Assembly (NCBI GenBank): GCA_002269645.1
Contig: NIVC01000636.1
Location: 248,001-312,000, forward strand
Reading direction: 5' to 3'
Source of the DNA: Macrostomum lignano
Taxonomy: Eukaryota
DNA: 64,000 nucleotides
Part shown: positions 24,956 to 35,600 of the stretch, in pieces
Layout of the letters: each line of letters opens with the position of its first letter
Position numbering within the stretch: the stretch's first letter is position 1
The notes under the pieces: model-generated
Databases searched by the model: none
Told to the model about the DNA's origin: nothing
The model's input: the letters and a program-made list of their open reading frames with translations, nothing else
Position numbers and translations under genes: made by a program

Positions 24956-25464
24956 AACGCAGATGCTTCAGAGGTTCTCACGGTTCTGTATTCCTCTTCA
25001 TCACTTAATTCATTACCGAATGAGTTCCGAACTGAATTTCTTATCCAGAATCTTCTCAGCTGTCGAGGGTCTCAGGGGCCCCTCATCAGTTGGAGTTGAG
25101 AGCCGACTGAAAAGGCTCTGAAGGTGATACGGCTGGCTTGAGTATCCATCAGGAACCGGAAATTCCTTATTCTGACAAGTCTTAGGAGTCTGGAACGGAT
25201 TAAGGATATAGCAGATGAGTCTGATTGCCGCTGCATCCTGAGTCAGTTTTGGTGGGATTGGAATTTTTATTGCCGTCCATTGCGCAGTTGGTCCTGCGGG
25301 CACCAAATGTCGAATTTGATGATGGATGAACTTGACAATGCGATGGAGGGAGGCTCGGGTGTTAAACTTCACATAATCCCTGGCTTGCGGTATCCGGGGC
25401 CGAAACCTCGCTTTAAAAAACACATTAAAGCGGTTGGTAGATCTGTGTTTTCCTTTTTCGAACA

Positions 25465-26670
25465 CCCTGAATAGACTGGAGCCCTTCTAGAGCCCCTGAA
25501 TACACACTGGAGCCCTTCTAGAGCCCCTGAATACACACTGGAGCCCTTCGAGAGCCCCTGAATACACACTGGAGCCCTTCGAGAGCCCCTGAATACACAC
25601 TGGAGCTCTTCTAGAGCCCCTGAATACACACTGGAGCTCTTCTAGAGCCCCTGAATACACACTGGAGCCCTTCTAGAGCCCCTGAATACACACTGGAGCT
25701 CTTCTAGAGCCCCTGAATACACACTGGAGCCCTTCGAGAGCCCCTGAATACACACTGGAGCCCTTCGAGAGCCCCTGAATACACACTGGAGCTCTTCTAG
25801 AGCCCCTGAATACACACTGGAGCCCTTCGAGAGCCCCTGAATACACTGGAGCCCTTCTAGAGCCCCTGAATACACACTGGAGCTCTTTTAGAGCCCCTGA
25901 ATACATACTGGAGCCCTTCGAGAGCCCCTGAATACACACTGGAGCCCTTCGAGAGCCCCTGAATACACACTGGAGCCCTTCGAGAGCCCCTGAATACACA
26001 CTGGAGCCCTTCTAGAGCCCCTGAATATACACTGGAGCCCTTCTAGAGCCCCTGAATACAATGGAGCCCTTCGAGAGCCCCTGAATACACACTGGAGCCC
26101 TTCGAGAGCCCCTGAATACAATGGAGCCCTTCTAGAGCCCCTGAATACACACTGGAGCCCTTCGAGAGCCCCTGAATACACTGGAGCCCTTCTAGAGCCC
26201 CTGAATACACACTGGAGCCCTTCGAGAGCCCCTGAATACACACTGGAGCCCTTCGAGAGCCCCTGAATACACACTGGAGCCCTTCGAGAGCCCCTGAATA
26301 CACACTGGAGCCCTTCGAGAGCCCCTGAATACACACTGGAGCCCTTCGAGAGCCCCTGAATACACACTGGAGCCCTTCGAGAGCCCCTGAATACACACTG
26401 GAGCCCTTCGAGAGCCCCTGAATACACACTGGAGCCCTTCGAGAGCCCCTGAATACACACTGGAGCCCTTCGAGAGCCCCTGAATACACACTGGAGCCCT
26501 TCGAGAGCCCCTGAATACACACTGGAGCCCTTCGAGAGCCCCTGAATACACACTGGAGCCCTTCGAGAGCCCCTGAATACACACTGGAGCCCTTCGAGAG
26601 CCCCTGAATACACACTGGAGCCCTTCGAGAGCCCCTGAATACACACTGGAGCCCTTCGAGAGCCCCTGAA
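25465..26670. repeat. 31-nt tandem repeat (GAGCCCTTCGAGAGCCCCTGAATACACACTG)
   Basis: About 38 copies, between the DOC2-like and YMRFamide genes. Confidence 0.95.
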
Positions 26671-27293
26671 CTCAGCTCCAATTCCCTCAAAGGTTTCACT
26701 GCACGCGCATCGGAAATCACAGAGCCGGGCACCGGCTCTGCACTGCCCCGGCAACCAGCTCAGCCGCACGGGGCCGAGCTGGCAGGTGGAGCCGCCAGCG
26801 CCCGGATTGGCTGCCCGGCCGGCGTCGAATCTGCTGCGCCGGCTTCCCCGACACGCGGGAGGGGGAATAAAATCCCCCGCCGGTCCGCCGTCGGGGGGAG
26901 CCGCCACTCGGTGGAGCAGCTTCTCGGCAGATCAAGGCAGTCGCCAATTTTCGAGCTTTGAAAATCTCAGGTGAGATCATTGCTATCTGAAATTATTGCC
27001 TTCCCTGGTCTCTGCCCCCTCCCAGGTCCCCACTGACAGCTGCCTCCAGTGCCCCGCCCTCCCCGCTGACTGGGCAGCGATCTGTCATGCCTAGCGCAGC
27101 TTGTCTCCCGAGCACAGGGGGGGATGACCCGGCCATCCATCAGCTGCCCGGCCAGCTGCTCAAACAGACCCAGCCCTCCTCAAGCTCTCCCGAACCCGTC
27201 TCCGCATTGCAGCGATTTAGCGAGCGAACAAGCGAGGCGGAGCCAAGCGAGTGAAAGTCGAATCGGATCGCACAGCTCGGCAAATCAGGCAAA

Positions 27294-28126
27294 ATGAACT
27301 GCGTCGCTGCCCTGGCCGCTCTGGCCCTCCTGGTCGCGCTGGCGCCCGCCGCCTCCACTACCGACGGCAAGGCGGCTGCCGCCCCAGGTGAGTTTCCGCC
27401 GCCTCCTGGCCCTCCTTTTCCATGTCCCACCGAGACCCCGCCGGCTGCCGCTGGCCCCGCCCCTTGCGTGTCGGGCTCCGCCAAGGAGGCGGCAGCAACC
27501 GTCCAGACGCGGCCACTGGGAGGCGCTTCTGAGAGACTCCGACCCGCCTAAGTCGTGTTTCAGGGAAACCCTCTCTCCCTGCCTGGCAGCTCGCAGGTTC
27601 CCGCGGGAACCGCCCCTCCCATGTCCGCCCCTCCCATGTCCGCCCCTCCCATGTCCGCCCCTCCCATGTCCGCCCCTCCCATGTCCGACCCGGCCCTTCA
27701 GCCTCCTCACAGTCCCGCCCCGGTCACTCAACCTCCACTCCAGAGGCCGAGCAGGCGGAAAAGAGGTACATGCGCTTCGGCCGCTCGGGCGACTCGGCTG
27801 CTGACGAAGACGGCCTGGACGGCCTGGACAGCGTGGACGAACACTGGCCGGTAGAAGCGGACAAGAGGTACATGCGCTTCGGCAAGCGATACATGCGCTT
27901 CGGCAAGAGGTACATGCGCTTCGGCCGAAGCAACGAAGACCCGAACGCTGAGGTGGACAAGCGGTACATGCGTTTCGGCAAGCGGTACATGCGCTTCGGC
28001 AAGCGGTACATGCGCTTCGGCAAGAGATACATGCGCTTCGGCCGAAGCTACGAAGACCCCGACGCTGAAATCGACAAGCGGTACATGCGTTTCGGCAAGC
28101 GGTACATGCGCTTCGGCCGAAAGTAA
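27294..28126 (+). CDS. FMRFamide-like neuropeptide precursor, ~158 aa, encoding 10 copies of YMRFamide
   Basis: Exon 1 (27294-27387) encodes signal peptide [21 protein letters not shown] and ends at G|GTGAG. Exon 2 (27744-28126) follows CAG|. Ten YMRF-G units each preceded by KR and followed by KR, R or RK, with acidic spacers. AATAAA at 28254-28259. Confidence 0.95.
27610..27690. repeat. 15-nt tandem repeat (CCCCTCCCATGTCCG) in the neuropeptide intron
   Basis: About 5 copies. Confidence 0.85.
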
Positions 28127-29496
28127 TGCCACAATCAAACTGCAGTTAAACACTGATTGCCGCTGAGCACTGGCAGAGCCCTCCAGCACCCCCTCTTAAT
28201 CCGCCCTCCGTTCCACAGTTCCGCAGTTCGCTGTTCAATCAATTGAAATGACAAATAAACTGGTTCTTCGAGTCCCCAACCTCAGGTGACTCTTGAATCG
28301 GGGCCGCCGGTTCCCCCAGCAATACCGATTGTCTTGGAAGTCTGTTCAATGTAACCCCGCGGATCTGGGCATGTACTATTAGCATTGCCAGGGCTGCAGC
28401 AGTGTCTGCTTGACATTAAAAACTGATGTCTGCAAGGCTGCATTGCCGGATCCGTTCTCCTCGAGTGCAAGTCCCGCTGCCTCTGCAGCACTGACACTGC
28501 GGGGTGCTGGCAGCAGAGGGGGCCGGAGCTGGGGAAGCTGGGTAAGGTAGAGACGCTTCTTAGCCAAGAGAATTTTCCCTTCCACGCGATAGCAGAGCCG
28601 CGGAGCACAAGGGAAGAAAATTCGCCCTGAGCGCCATGTGTTGCCGTGGGATGCCGCGAACGTCTTGGCCATGCGCTGGTAGCTCGTACGCAGAGCTGCT
28701 AAGATGACGCCTGCGTCTCCCGGTTACCCAGCGGGTTTGTCAGCCTCCCAAACACCTGACGGTTCGATGCCCCTCTCCATCCTTCATTGCCCCTCCATCA
28801 GCTTGATGCAGCGCCGTCAGCTCAGTTTGAAGAGGCTGGGGTTGGGGAGGCTCGCTAAACAAGCCTTGTCAATCGCTGGGCCGCTGCCTGACGGGTGTCT
28901 CAATTTCCAATTGTTGCTTTTGCGTGTTGAGAAGCAGCTCATAGCCAGGCTCTTGCCCTGCTTCAGAGATTGCCGCGACACGGCACTCAGAGACCCGCCT
29001 GCCGTTCTGCCACTCCATACAGCAGAACAACAGAAGAGCGCGGATCAGAGGGGGCCGCCGCCGCCGCGTGGCGGAGGCTGTCAAAGCTGAGAGGCTGCTC
29101 TGACGCGGAGCAGCAGAAATCGATGAATTTCGATAGAAAACTCAAAGGCCTCTCCGCTTTCAGCTGGTGGGACTTTTCCCCTCTCCTAGTTTCACACGGA
29201 GCAGTGGGGATCGAGCGGCGCCGTCCAAGTCACTTACGATCTCAGATTTCTTCATTTCGAATGACGTGATTTGGCTGCCAATATTGTCACGGTGAGGGGC
29301 TCTCTTCTAGAAGAAGATTGCCAATCAAACAGTGGCCGGCATTCTGAAACTGTTGAGGTTGAGAAATTTGATGCCGATGCTCGGGAGGGACTCATCTGCG
29401 ATGCTTCAATAATTGCTTTTTTATCACCCTGGCGGGCTGCGGGACTCGGATTTCGGCTGGGTTTTCCTGGAAAGAAACAATTGCCAAAGATTGCCT

Positions 29497-30262
29497 GGGG
29501 TGATGGGGTGATGGGGTGATGGTGATGGGGTGATGGGGTGATGGGGTGATGGGTGATGAGGTGATAGGGTGATTGGGTGATGAGGTGATAGGGTGATTGG
29601 GTGATGGGGTGATGGGGTGATGGGGTGATGGGGTGATGGGGTGATGGGGTGATGGGGCGATGGGTGATGGGTGATGGATGATGGGGTGATGGGGTGATGG
29701 GGTGATGGGTGATGAGGTGATAGGGTGATTGGGTGATGGGGTGATGGGGTGATGGGGTGATGGGGTGATGGGGTGATGGGGTGATGGGGTGATGGGGCGA
29801 TGGGTGATGGGGTGATGGGGTGATGGGGCGATGGGTGATGGGGTGATGGGGTGATGGGGTGATGGGGCGATGGGTGATGGGTGATGGGTGATGGGGTGAT
29901 GGGGTGATGGGGTGATGGGTGATGGGGTGATGGGTGATGGGTGTTGGGTGATGGGGTGATGGGGTGATGGGGTGATGGGGTGATGGGTGATGGAGTGATG
30001 GGGTGATGGGTGATGGGGTGATGGGGTGATGGGGTGATGGGGTGATGGGGTGATAGGTGATGGGTGATGGGTGATGGGGTGATGGGTGATTGGGCGATGG
30101 GTGATGGGTGATGGGTGATGGGTGATGGGTGATGGGTGATGGGGTGATGGGGTGATGGGTGACGTGGTGATGGGGTGATGGGGTGATGGGGTGATGGGTG
30201 ATGTGGTGATGGGGTGATGGGGTGATGGGGTGATGGGGTGATGGAGTGATGGGGTGATGGGG
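29497..30262. repeat. G-rich (GGGGTGAT/GGGTGAT)n microsatellite
   Basis: Read directly. Source of the HHPITPSP ORFs. Confidence 0.95.
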
Positions 30263-30904
30263 AGACTGTAGTATTGAGGGCAGTAGCCCCAGCCGCAGAG
30301 CTGCTGCAGTCGGACGGAGCCGCACAAATGCAGTGATGGAGCCGAGCCAGATGTCGCATGCAGCTGCCCCACATGATTTCTTGGGAATTCGGTGCAGCCG
30401 AGAGTGCTCAAACAGGTGTGTTCTGTATTTCTGCCAGTATTTTCGTGTACTCACCTTCGCCTCATCCGCCCCAGCCTCCCCCCCCCGATCGCAGCGCATT
30501 GATCTCGGGGTTTTTCGGGTCCAAGAAAATTGCAAAATTTTCTGCCTGACTTGAGCAGGTGACTCTCCTGTGGCAGGTGCACTTTTTCCCTCCCCCGGCG
30601 GGCCCGCACCGCCAGCTCCCATTGTCGGCGGAGGAGGCCTGTTAGCAATTTATTTTGAATTCATTCAGAATGGCTTCATGGCTTTGGAATTTTAGCTCCA
30701 CTCTGCCTTCTTGTTTTACTAGAGGTAAGTTAAAAATTAAATTCATAATTCAATTAATTATTTTCCCCGCTCTTAGTTATGTAGCCATTGCGGGGCTTTC
30801 TGAAATATTGCTTTTTGGTCGGAAGCTGAGGCAGACAGTTTTCATGCGCTGTCACAATCTCAGCGATCTTGTGATCCCTGCTTTTATCACAAGAGGCTCG
30901 CGGT

Positions 30905-31800
30905 CTGGTCATAGCCTGCATGGATCTGGTCATAGCCTGTACGGATCTGCTCATATAGTCTGTACAGATCTGATCATAGTCTAAAAATCTGGTCATAGCC
31001 TGTACGGATCTGCTCATATAGTCTGTACAGATCTGATCATAGTCTAAAAATCTGGTCATAGCCTGTATGGATCTGGTCATAGCCTGTACGGATCTGCTCA
31101 TATAGTCTGTACAGATCTGATCATAGTCTACAGATCTGGTCATAGCCTGTACGGATCTGGTCATAGCCTGTACGGATCTGCTCATAGCCTGTACGGATCT
31201 GCTCATAGTCTGTACAAATCTGATCATAGCCTACAAATCTGGTCATAGCCTGTATGGACCTGATAATAGCCTGTATGGATCTGGTTATAGCCTGTACGGT
31301 CCGAATCAAAAGTATACACGGTCCTGATCATAAATGTGCACGATCCTTGTAATAGGTCTGTAGTATATGTACGGTCCCGATCATAGATGTGTACGGTCCT
31401 GATCATAGGTGTGTACGATCCTGGTCATAGGTGAGTATGGTCCTGATCATAGGTGTGTACGGTCCTGATCATAGGTGAGTACGGTCCCGATCATAGGTGT
31501 GTACTGTACCGATCACAGGTGTGTACGGTCCCGATCATAGGTGTGTACGGTCCCGATCATAGGTGAGTACGGTCCCGATCATAGGTGTGTGCGGCCCTGA
31601 TCATAGTTGTGTACGGTCCCGATCATAGGTGTGTACGGTCCCGATCATAGGTGAGTACGGTCCCGATCATAGGTGTGTACGGTCCCGATCATAGGTGAGT
31701 ACGGTCCCGATCATAGGTGTGTACGGTCCCGATCATAGGTGTGTACGGTCCCGATCATAGGTGAGTACGGTCCCGATCATAGGTGTGTACGGTCCTGCTC
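30905..31800. repeat. Two adjacent related arrays: 21-nt TCATAGCCTGTACGGATCTGG (30905-31300) and 22-nt TCATAGGTGTGTACGGTCCCGA (31320-31800)
   Basis: Read directly. Both share the TCATAG..TGTACGG core. Confidence 0.9.
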
Positions 31801-32339
31801 ACAGTTACCGCTGTCACCGCTAGCTGTGTACTCACTCGTTGCTCTCAGATCGAACATGACTGACGCAGGCTGGCTGAAATGCTGAGCCCTAGCGGCTGTC
31901 AGCGAGAGTCCCCGTGCTTGGCCAGCACTGACTGACAGGTTGGGGCATCGCAGGTGTCGCTTGTCAATTCGTTTGCTCAGCAGGCTCTTGGCTGTAATTC
32001 AGCTTATCATTCGTATCCTATTCACTGCAAGCCCTGTATAGGCTGCGGGGCTGATGGGTGAAGAAGCAACAGTGCTGGTGCGATGAGGCGGGGAGGCTGG
32101 GGCATTAGCAGCAGACAGCAGGTGTGACGCAGGCAGACGACCAATTAAAAAAATCGGGTAAAGTGCCAGGATAAACTGTGAGGATTAAAAAGCGGCCTGG
32201 GAATTAGCGAGGCGGACAGAAATTCTCAGGCTGAAACCTGATGTGTCGGCCGCGCGCCAGGGACTTCTGGAAATAGCACGGTTGGACTGGAAGCCTGAAT
32301 AAAGTGCGCCCCCGCCTAGCGTTCAGTGGGTCGAAGATT

Positions 32340-32514
32340 TTTGTCCTTTTGCACCAAGGAGAGGGGATTAAGGACTGCCACAGTTCAGTCACAACATTAG
32401 AGAGGTCACCTTCGGCATGTACACTCTCCGTGCCTTGGGGTTGGCCCTCACGGGTCGGAATCGAACCAGGGGTCGCGGCGCGAGAGTCGGAACGCTTCCA
32501 GTCCACCGGTGCCA
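32340..32514 (-). mobile_element. Second, diverged tRNA-derived SINE-like element
   Basis: The minus strand reads TGGCACCGGTGG (A-box-like)...CCGACTCTCGC...GGTTCGATTCC (B box, 32467-32457)...CCCCAAGGCACGGAGAGTGTACATGCCGA, matching the 11639 element. The 3' boundary is uncertain. Confidence 0.55.
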
Positions 32515-32698
32515 ATTCTAGAAGTCCCTGAGTGTGCTCCGCGAGCGACCTTGCTCAGGACTTTGCAACTGGCCAGGTTGAAGTGATGAGGTGAGTTGGG
32601 ATAAAATAGTGATAAATAGGAGGACAATTAGAATATCATATTGCAGTTTTCTCGAATTTGTTTTTAGTCTCAAAACAGACTCCAGTTCCTCCGCCTCA

Positions 32699-35600
32699 TC
32701 ACACTGGCTCCTCAGCCTCCTTGTCGTTCAGCGGCACGCTGCCCTCCCCGCTGAATGGCCTGGCGTCGTAGTTGCTGGGCACGTGCCAGAACTTGTCGTC
32801 CTGGAAGAAGTTCTCCATGCGCACCGGGTCCAGGATGGGCAGACGGAGAATGAAGCCTGCGGATGGGGAGGCGGGGAGGCTAAAGATGATGCTGGTTTGC
32901 TGGGTGAGTAGGAATGGGTGGTTAGAATTCAGTGGTGGGCAGCTCAGCCATCCCAGAGCACAGGGCTGAGCAGCAGGGCAGGTCAGCCATCCCAGAGCAC
33001 AGGGCTGAGCAGCAGGGCAGGTCAGCCATCCCAGAGCACAGGGCTGAGCAGCAGGGCAGGTCAGCCAGCCCAGAGCACAGGGCTGAGCAGCAGGGCAGGT
33101 CAGCCATCCCAGAGCACAGGGCTGAGCAGCAGGGCAGGTCAGCCATCCCAGAGCACAGGGCTGAGCAGCAGGGCAGGTCAGCCAGCCCAGAGCACAGGGC
33201 TGAGCAGCAGGGCAGGTCAGCCAGCCCAGAGCACAGGGCTGAGCAGCCGCCCACCTGTCAGCAGGCCACCCAGGACGGCGCACAGCAGCGTGAGTCCCAG
33301 CGCGGCGGCCTGAAAAGCCGCTTGCGACCCGGCGGAGCGGCCGGCGCCGCCTCCTTCAACTGACAGGGTGCCGTCCTTCACCACGTATTCGAAGGCGCTG
33401 CCGTTGGCCGTGACTGGCGCCCTAGCCGGAAAAATCTGGTAGAGCCTGCGGGGGAGTTTAAATGGGTCCGTGGGTGAGTTTATGGGTCCGTGGGTGAGTT
33501 TATGGGTCTGTGGGTGAGTTTATGGGTCCGTGGGTGAGTTTATGGGTCTGTGGGTGAGTTTATGGGTCTGTGGGTGAGTTTATGGGTCTGTGGGTGAGTT
33601 TATGGGTCCGTGGGTGCGTTTATGGGTCCGTGAGTGAGTTTATGGGTCCGTGAGTGAGTTTATGGGTCCGTGAGTGAGTTTATGGGTCCGTGAGTGAGTT
33701 TATGGGTCCGTGAGTGAGTTTATGGGTCCGTGGGTGAGTTTATGGGTCCGTAAGTGAGTTTATGAGCCCTTGAGTGAGTTTATGAGCCCTTGAGTGAGTT
33801 TATGAGCCATGGATTGAGTCTATGAGCACACGAGTGAGTTCATGAGCTCATGAGCGAGTCTATGAGCACATGAGTGAGTTCATGAGTGAGTTCGGAGACC
33901 CATACCACCATCTACCATGTCGCGCAGGATGCAGTCAGGCTGAGAGCGCGGGGCGGCTCATCCTGCCAGCAGTTCGGCAGCCAATGAGATGCCGATCACT
34001 GCGAGCGTCTCGGCGTGTTTTTCATTTTTTCATAGATTTTTTATTAATGTAAAGCCGGCCCGCCTCCCGCCCCGGAGCTCAGGCGGCTGTTTATGGATTT
34101 TAATTTGGTGTAAGGCATTTGTCTGCAACAATGCGCTGCCAGTGCAGCTGCCAAAGCGGGTGTTTGGAGATGCTGCAGCTCTGGTGCTCTTTTAGCTAAA
34201 AAATATGCGAGCTTGCGCTGGGACTGCTCGATTTTTTAAAAGGAAAGATGATGATGGGAATCTGGGATTGCAATGCTGGAAAAATTGTTTTTTTTCCAAA
34301 TACTCCTTGATTATGATGAGGGAATCTGGGATCCAAATGATGGGATCTGGGATCCAAATGATGGGATCTGGATCCAAATGATGGGATCGATCTGGATCCA
34401 AATGATGGGATCTGGGATCCAAATGATGGGATCTGGATCCAAATGATGGGATCTGGATCCAAATGATGGGATCTGGATCCAAATGATGGTAGGTGAAATC
34501 AATTGAATGAGTGGATCTGGAGAAAGGATGATTGAGGTGCTGAAGCCGGATGGGGATCTGGAATAAAGACAATCGGGATCTGGGATAAAGGTAAACAGAA
34601 TGACCGAAGTGCACATAAAGACTGTTGCCATGGCAAGCAGCACCTCACCCGTTCCCATAGTCATCGAGGCTGGCCGAGGCAGAGTAGATAATGCCCAGGA
34701 GGCCGGCCAGCAGACCGGGCATGCCGTGCAGGTTGTTGACCCCGCATGTGTCCAGGATGTTGGCGGCGCGCAGCTTTTTCTGCAGATTTTGCGGCAAGGA
34801 ACTGACTGAGCTACTGACAGTAGGCTGTGGTAGGTTTGCTTCTGTTAGGCAAATGATAGAAAAAGACAGATCCCAGCATGAATTCCCAGACACTATAAGT
34901 TAATTTTCTAATTGGAAAGTAAACTCTTAGAATTTTAAAATGTTTAATCCTAAATCCTAAATCCTAAATCCCAGATCCCAAATCCCAGATCCCAAATCCC
35001 AGATCCCAAATCCCAGATCCAAAATCCCAGATCCCACCTGCAAAACCCGCATACCAATTCTTGACTCCCATCCCAAGTCACACATCTCAAACCTCATATC
35101 CCCATAACGGGATACCCAATCTCAAATCATAAATCCCAGGTTCCAAATCCCAGATCCAAAATCCCAGATCCCAAATCCCAGATCCCAAATCCCAGATCCC
35201 AAATCCCAGATCCCAAATCCCAGATCCCAAATCCAAAATCCCAGATCCCAAATCCCAGATCCCTAATCCTAGATCCCAAATCCCAGATCCCTAATCCTAG
35301 ATCCCAAATCCTAGATCCCAAATCCCAGATCCCAAATCTTGGATCCAAAATCCAAGATCCTAGACCCCAGACCCCTAACCCCAGATTCTAATCTCAATCT
35401 TCCTATTGCATCAACCCCCCGCAGGCAGGTGAGCAGTGCTCACGCCAGGTGCTCACAGCAATCACAGCGTAGCCAAACACGCTGAGCAGGCCGGCCAAGC
35501 AACCGATGATCAGAGCTCCGTACGGCCGGATCATCATGTCGGCGACTGTCCCGACGGCCACCCCGCCGGCCAGCGTGGCGTTCTGAATGTGACTCATCTC

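Noticed and set aside
25465-26670. CRISPR-like appearance of regular ~31-nt repeats (also other arrays)
   Set aside because: Units are contiguous with no unique spacers, there are no cas genes, and the context is a spliced eukaryotic genome.
29252-30411. His/Pro-rich ORFs (HHPITPSP) of 316-456 aa
   Set aside because: Translation of the (GGGGTGAT)n microsatellite. Only the flanks are kept as low-confidence candidate exons.
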